DNA of 64,000 nt from the human T2T-CHM13v2.0 reference genome, Homo sapiens. Where the stretch lies: assembly GCF_009914755.1 (NCBI RefSeq), contig NC_060938.1. One strand, written 5' to 3'. A model generated the notes under the pieces. It was not told the DNA's origin. It saw only the letters and a list, made by a program, of their open reading frames with translations, and did no database searches. How positions within the stretch are numbered: position 1 is the first letter of the stretch; each line of letters opens with the position of its first letter. This document shows positions 56,852 to 64,000 of this stretch, piece by piece. The translations under genes and the position numbers were made by a program.

Positions 56852-57546
56852 TAAAGTGCGTCGGAAGGTGTTGGGAGAGCCTCAGACGGAATTTCACGGC
56901 GGGACAAGGGCACAGAGAGGGCAGTGGGCTCCCTTGCAGGTCTCCCCGGCTGTGCAATGAGCGCAGGTCTAGCCAGTAGCCTGGCAAAGAGAGCTAGAGG
57001 TCAGCGTTCCGCCGCCAGGCGCTCCATGGTGGCAGCTGGGATGCTGCAGGGGCACGGGTGGGCTGGCCACGTTGGCACAGATGCATAGAGGAGGCGAGCC
57101 GGAGTAGGGATGTCAGGCCTGGACGCTGCGTGGGCCCGGTGTTTCACGGGACGGGGGTCTACACCCAGCCCAGAGGTGGATGCATTTTCCGGGGGTTGTG
57201 TGTTGGGGTATGGAGGGGGTGTTCGGGGGGGTGGGGTGGTGGAAAGGCATGACACCTCTGCCCGGGCTCCTCCCACATCCCAGGGAGCTGCCCGCAAACC
57301 CACGCTTGCGCAGTAGGTGGCCCAAATGCTGGTACCTGGGCCGGCTCTGGGATAATTGGGATGCCCAGGATAGAATGGCAGTTCTCTGCTGTGTGGAGTC
57401 TCTCACCAGGCCTAGACCAAGAAGGCAGGAATCCCAGGCCAGTCAGCCCGGTGGAGGGGACGGGGGGAAGGCACGCCCCTTCATAGTTAGCCAGGTGTTT
57501 CCCGTGAAAGAGAGGCCACCGCCCTTCCCCGACATGACCCCACGTC

Positions 57547-58167
57547 CTAAAGCTCCTCCAGCAGAGCCCGGTATTCTTCCTCGCTGAGGGGTGCTTCCAG
57601 CGAGGAGGCCTCTTCCAAGGCCTCCAGCTCCCCCGGGGCCTCCGTTTCTAGGAAAGCTTGTGCCTGCTGCAGAAACTCCGGGCTCAACAGGAGCTCATCC
57701 AGAAGCAGGCCGGAGGGGAGTGCAGAGGATTGCCCCGGCTCCTGGAGTGCCTGGGTGGGCGCCGGGATGCCTTGCATCTGCCTCTGCCATGGGGAGGCCT
57801 CTGGGGGCGCGGGGTGGTGAGGTGGAGCTGCCCCGGCTTGGGGTTCCCACGCCAACCCGGCGACCGGGGGACCCCGGCCCCAGCCCCACCACGGACTCCG
57901 CTGGGATGCGTGTGGCCCAAGAACACCTTGGCCCTGTGGCCCCGCTTGAGCGGACCCAGGCTGTCCCACAGTGCAAGGGCCTGGCAGGCCGTCGCGCTGT
58001 GGGTCCCTGTCCTCCCGGCTTTTGCCCTGGTGGGGTGGCCAACGAGGATTCTGAGGCTGGGAGAGCGCCCCTTCAGGAGGAGCCGGGGCAGTGTAGGCAA
58101 CATCTCCGCGTGCCGGGGCAAGTTGGGAGATCCCCTCTGCCAGCGCGGCCTGGCTGGGCTGGAGCAT
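57547..58167 (-). CDS. Candidate 206-aa ATG-initiated DUX4 C-terminal-half ORF with no homeodomain; expression unknown
   Basis: In-frame ATG at 58165-58167 ([12 protein letters not shown]...), open to LLLDELL...YRALLEEL*. Confidence 0.2.
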
Positions 58168-58361
58168 GGGGACGGCCCTCGCTCCCTGGCTCACCAAAGC
58201 CCCCTGTGGCAGAGCCACTGGCGCACAGGGCACGTGGGGTGGGGAAAGCCCCTTTCCCCACGCGCCAGTGTGGGTGAAGGTGACCCATGAGGGAGCAGGG
58301 TGACAACCGCCAGGGCCGCATTGCACAGGTTGCCTGCCTGTGCGGGCAACCTGCAAGCCTA

Positions 58362-58709
<348 letters not shown>

Positions 58710-58712
58710 TCA

Positions 58713-59003
<291 letters not shown>

Positions 59004-59609
59004 CCAGGGACATCCTGACACACGCCTTAAGGTTCCCAGGGCATTGAGGCCTGGGGCTGTGGGGTGGTGGGGTTGGGGGGGAGGGCATAGTGATGGTGGT
59101 GGTGGGGCCGGAAAGACGAAGAGGAAGGGGGCGAGGGGGAAGGGGTGAGCGGGGCGCGTTTCATTGGCTGGCTCTCCGGACCTCTCCAGGAATCCCACGG
59201 GAAATGGAAGCTGCTCTCTGGGCTCCCAGGCGTCTACCGCAGGGAGATACCAGTCTGGGAGGGTGGAGGGGAGTGTGGAACTGAACCTCCGTGGGAGTCT
59301 TGAGTGTTCCAGGCCCTCTCTCCGTGAAGGAGGCAGTGCCTGTGGGTGTCGCCGTTGCCAGGACAGTCTCACACAGGTAAGCGTGTGGCTGTCTTTCATT
59401 TCCACGTAGGAGACCAGAGCGAGACCCCAGAGAGAAGATGCCTTCCCGGCCTGATGGCCTGACGATGGATTCCCGTGTGTGGCAACATGGGGAGTCTGCA
59501 GTGTGGCCTGTATGGAAACTGGCAAGGAAAGTGAAAGCACCATGCCGGTCTTCCGCCCTTCCCTGCATGTTTCCGGGTGCCCACAGAGCTCCGGGAGCAA
59601 AGAGTAAGC

Positions 59610-62385
59610 ATGACACATCTCTGAACTGATCAACAAAGTGATGTAACTCTTGTTTACGCTCTGCCTGCAGGGGCATTGTGAAATATCTCTGCACTGATCA
59701 CCCAGGTGATGAGACTCTTCTCTAGGCTTTGCCTACTTGGGGCATTGTCACATATTTCTGCACTGATCACCCAGGTGACGGACTCATGTCTTGGATTTGC
59801 CTATGGGGGCATTGTGACATATCACTGCACTGATCACCCAGGTGATGTAACTTTGGTCTGAGCTCTGCCTAAAGGGGCATTGTGACAGATCTCTACACTG
59901 ATCACTCAGGTGATGTAACTATTGTCTAGGCTCTGCTTAAAGGGGCCATTTCGCATATCTCTGCACTCATCCCCCAGGTGATGTAACTCTTTTCTAGGCT
60001 CTGCTTACAGGGGGTATTGTGACATATCTCTGCAATGATCACCTAAGTGATGTGACACTTGTGTAGGCTCGGCCTACAGGGGCATTTTGACATATCTCTG
60101 CACTGTTAACCCAGGTGATGTAACTCTTGTCTATGCTGTGCCCACAGGGTGATGGAGACATATCTCTGCACTGATCCCGAGGTGATCCAACTCTTGCCTG
60201 GTCTCTGCCTACTGGGGACATTGTGACATATCTCTGCACTGATCTCACAGGTGATGTAACTTTAGTCTAGGCTCTGGCTACACGGCATTGTGACATATCA
60301 CTTCACTGATAACCCAGGTGATATAACTCTTTTCTAGGCTCTGCCTACAGGGGGCTTGTGACATATCTCTGCATTGAACACCCAGGTGATATAACTCTTC
60401 TCTAGGATCTGCCTACAGTGTGCTTTGTGACATATCCCTGCAATGATCACCCAGGTGATATACCACTTGTCAAGGCTCTGCCTACAGGGGCATTGCAATG
60501 TATCTCTGCACTGATCACCTAGGTCATGTAACTCTTGTCTGGGCTCTGCCTACAGTGGCATTGTGACATATCTCTGCACTGATCACCCAGGTGATGTAAC
60601 TGTTTTCTAGGATATGCCTACCGGGTGCTTTGTGACATATCCCTGCAATGATCACCCATGTGGTGTACCACTTGTCATGGCTCTGCCTACAGGGACATTG
60701 CGATGTATCTCTGCACTGATCACCTAAGTCATGTAACTCTTGTCTAGGCTCTGCCTACAGTGGCATTGTGGCATATCTCTGCACAGATCATCCAAGTGAC
60801 GTAACACTTGTCTAGGATCTGCGTAAAGGGACTTTGTGACATAACTCTGCACTGATCATCCAGGTGATGGGGCTTTTGTCTAGGCTCTGCCTAAGGGGGC
60901 ATTGTGACATATTTCTGCACTGATCGCCCAGGTGATGTAACGCTTGACTAGGCTCTTGGGGGGCTTGTGACATATCTCTGCACTGATCATCTAGGTGATG
61001 TAAAGCTTGCTTATGCTCTGCCTGCAGGGGCATTATGAAATATCTCTGCTCTGATCACCCAGGTGATGGGACTCTTCTCTAGGCTTTGCCTACTGGGGGC
61101 ATTGTCAAATATTTCTGCACTGATCACCCAAGTGACGGACGGTTGTCTTGGATTTGCCTATGGGGGCATTGTGACATATCTCTGCACTGATCACCCAGGT
61201 GATGGAAGTCTTGTCTAGGCACTTTCTATGGGGGCATTGTGTCAAATATCTGCACTGATCACACAGGAGATGCAACTCTTGTCTAGGCTCTGTCTACACG
61301 GATTTGTGTGACATATCATTGCACTGATCAACTAGGTGATGTATGCCTTGTATGGGCTTTGCCTACAGAAGGCTTAGTGACATACCTATGCACTGATTTC
61401 TGAGGTGATGTAACTCTTGTCTAGGCACTGCCTACTGTGGACATTGGTACATATCTCTGCACTGATCACCCAGGTGATGGACTCTTGTCTTACATCTGCC
61501 TACATGGACATTGTGACACATCTCTGAACTGATCAACCAAGTGATGAAACTCTTCTCTAGGCTCTGCCTTCAGGGGCTTTGTGACACTCCCCTGCACTGA
61601 TCACCTTGGGGTGGGAACTCTAGTCTACGCTCTGCCTAGAAGAGGCTTTATGACTTATACCTACACTGATAACCTAGGTGATGTAACACTTGTCTAGGCT
61701 CTGCCTACACGGGAATTCTCACATATCTCTGCATTGATCACCCGAATGATGTAACTCCTCTCTTGGTTCAGCCTACTGGAGCGTTCTGACATATCTCTGC
61801 ACTGATCACCCAAGTGATGTAACCCTTGTCTAAGCTCTGCCTACAGTGGCATTGTGACAGATCTCTCCACTGCTCACCCAGGTGATGTAACAGTTATCTG
61901 GGCTTTGCCTACAGTTGGCTTTGTGATATACATTTCCACTGATCAAACAGGTGATGTAAACCTTGTCAAGGTTCTGCTTTCAGGGGCTTTGTGACATATC
62001 TCTGCACTGATTAACCCAGGGAGGAAACACTTGTCTACACTCTGCCTACAGGAGGCTTTAAGACTTATCCCTGCACTGATCACTAGGTGATGTAACACTT
62101 GTCTAGGTTCTGTCTACACGGGAATTTTCACATATCTCTACACTGGTCACCTAAGTGATGTAACCCTTGTCTAGGTTCAGCCTACTGGGGATTTCTGACA
62201 TACCTATGCACTGATCACTGAGGTGAGTTAAATCATTTCCAGGCTTTTTTACAGGGGACCTTGTGATTTATGTCTACACTGATCCCCCAAATTATGCATA
62301 TCTTCTCTAGGCTCCACAGGGCGGGGGCATTGTGACATAATTTGAAATGATCACCAGGAGATGTAACTATTCCCCAGGCTTTGAC
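59610..62385 (-). repeat. Beta-satellite array, reverse orientation
   Basis: Tandem 68/69-bp monomers. Confidence 0.97.
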
Positions 62386-64000
62386 TAAAGAGCATCGGAA
62401 GGTGTTGAGAGAGCCTCAGCCGGAATTTCACGGAGGGACAAGGACACAGAGCGGCCAGCGGTCTCCCTTGCGTGTCTCCCGGGGTGTGCAATGAGCGCAG
62501 GTCTAGCCAGTAGGCCGGCAAAGAGAGCTAGAGGTCAGCGTTCCGCCACCAGGCGCTTCAAGGTGGTAGCTGGGATGCTGCAGGGGCACGGGCAGACCTG
62601 CAACAGTGGCGCGGATGCACAGAGGAGGCGAGCCGGCGTAGGGGTGTCAGGCCTGGACGCTGCACGAGCCCGGTGTTTCGTGGAACAGGGGTCTCCATCC
62701 AGCCCAGGGGAGGATGCATTCTCCGTGGATGGGGGGTGGGGGTGGGTTGGGGATGGTGAGGGGGTGGGGGGTGGTGGAAAGGCATGAGAGCTCTGCCCGG
62801 GTTGCTTCCACAGCCCAGGCGGCTGCCCACAAACCTGCTTGTGCGCAGTAGGCGGCCCACCTGCTGGTATCTGGGCCGGCTCTGGGATCCCCGGGATGCC
62901 TAGGAAAGAATGGCAGATCTCCATTGTGTGGAGTCTCTCACCGGGCCTAGACCTAGAAGGCAGGATTCCCAGGCCGGTCAGCACGGGGGAGGGGGCGGGG
63001 GGAAGACAAGAACCTCCATAGCCAGCCAGGTGATCCCCGCAAAAGAGAGGCCACCTCCCTGCCCCGTCCCGACACCGTCCAAACCCCGTGTCCTAAAGTT
63101 CCTCCAGCAGAGCCCGGTAATCTTCCTCGCTGAGGGGTGCTTCCAGTGAGGTGGCCTCTTCCAAGGCCTCCAGCTCCCCCGGGGCCTCCGTTTCTAGGAA
63201 AAGTTGCGCCTGCTGTAGAAACTCCGGGCTCGCCAGGAGCTCATCCAGCAGCAGGCCGGAGGGGAGTGCAGACGAGCGCCCTGGCTCCTGGAGCGCCTGG
63301 TTGGGTGCCGGGATGCCTTGCATCTGCCCCTGCCGCGCAGAGGCCTCCATGGGCGCGGGCTGGAGAGGTGGAGCTGCCCCGGCTAGGGGTACCCACGCTG
63401 CCCCGGTGACCTGGGGACCCCTGCCCCAGCCCCACCACGGACTCCCCAGGGACGTGGGTGGCGCAAGCACACCTTGGCCCTGTGGCCCCTCTTGAACGGG
63501 CCCAGGTTGTCCCACCGCGCAAGGGCCCGGCAGGCCATCGCGCTGCGCGTCCCGGTTCTCCCGGCTTTTGCCCGGGTGCGGAGCCCACGGAGGAGCCTGA
63601 GGGTGGGAGACTGCCACTTCCGGAGGAGCCGGGGAGGCGTAGGCAAAATACCCGCGTGCCGGGGCAGGTTGGGAGATCCCCTCTGCTGGCGCGGCCTGGC
63701 TGGACTGGAGCACGGAGATGACCCTCTCTCCCTGGCTCAAGAAAGCCCCCTGTGGGAGAGCCCCAGACACGCAGGGCACGTGTGGTGTGGGAATCCCCGT
63801 TCCCCACGTGCCGGTGTGGGCGAAGGCGACCCACAAGGGAGCAGGGTGACACCCGCCAGTGGGGGTCCGGGAGGCCCGTCTCTCTGGCCAGCTCTTCCCT
63901 GGTGGTGATGCCTGGAAAGTGATCCTTCTCAAAGTCTCGGAGGAGCAGGGCGGTCTGGGATCTGGTGATGGTGGTCCGCTTTCGCCTGCCTTCTCCTGGG
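62386..64000 (-). pseudogene. DUX4L: DUX4-like cassette G (3' part, runs off the window), with an internal deletion in homeobox 2
   Basis: Open C-terminal frame ending [11 protein letters not shown] at 63093. About 92 bp net missing at 63860-63866. HD2 N-terminal part at 63866-63990. KpnI site mutated (ggtatc). Confidence 0.93.

Noticed and set aside
63093-63932. 279-aa ORF as an intact DUX protein
   Set aside because: It starts at TTG, its N-terminus is out-of-frame HD2 sequence fused by a deletion, and the first in-frame ATG yields only 85 aa.
63990-64000. The window ends ccttctcctggg instead of ccttcttgcggg, possibly a junction into forward beta-satellite
   Set aside because: Only about 6 informative bases are visible, so this cannot be distinguished from point mutations without downstream sequence.

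Overview
This is primate, most likely human, heterochromatic DNA and not a prokaryotic window. About 47 kb is 68/69-bp beta-satellite (Sau3A/BSR; consensus GATCAGTGCAGAGATATGTCACAATGCCCCTGTAGGCAGAGCCTAGACAAGAGTTACATCACCTGGGT). It is interrupted by eight GC-rich D4Z4/LSau-derived DUX4-like pseudogene cassettes, all on the - strand. Five are full length at about 2.77 kb (A 15706-18475, B 23646-26416, C 30686-33456, D 45699-48463, F 56852-59609). One is a 5' half (3164-4384), one is a doubly rearranged 0.33-kb stub (E), and one is cut by the window end (G). Each full cassette resembles the distal end of the 4qA D4Z4 array (promoter, DUX ORF, KpnI position, pLAM-like exon 3, beta-satellite), and all share the same satellite junctions. 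This matches the known LSau/beta-satellite composite repeats of acrocentric short arms and other pericentromeric regions, although the chromosome cannot be assigned from sequence alone. No cassette encodes intact DUX4, and none has ATTAAA at the FSHD-permissive pLAM position. The most notable observations are: (i) cassette D combines a TATAA promoter, retained splice dinucleotides, a frameshift-created ATG-initiated HD2-only ORF and a private ATTAAA about 240 bp further downstream; (ii) C-terminal activation-domain frames are open in 5 of 6 copies; (iii) a satellite strand switch lies at a microhomology junction inside homeobox 2; (iv) several well-resolved rearrangement scars are visible. I found no evidence for a wholly new biological system. 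Almost all ORF-track entries are satellite or GC-rich artefacts.
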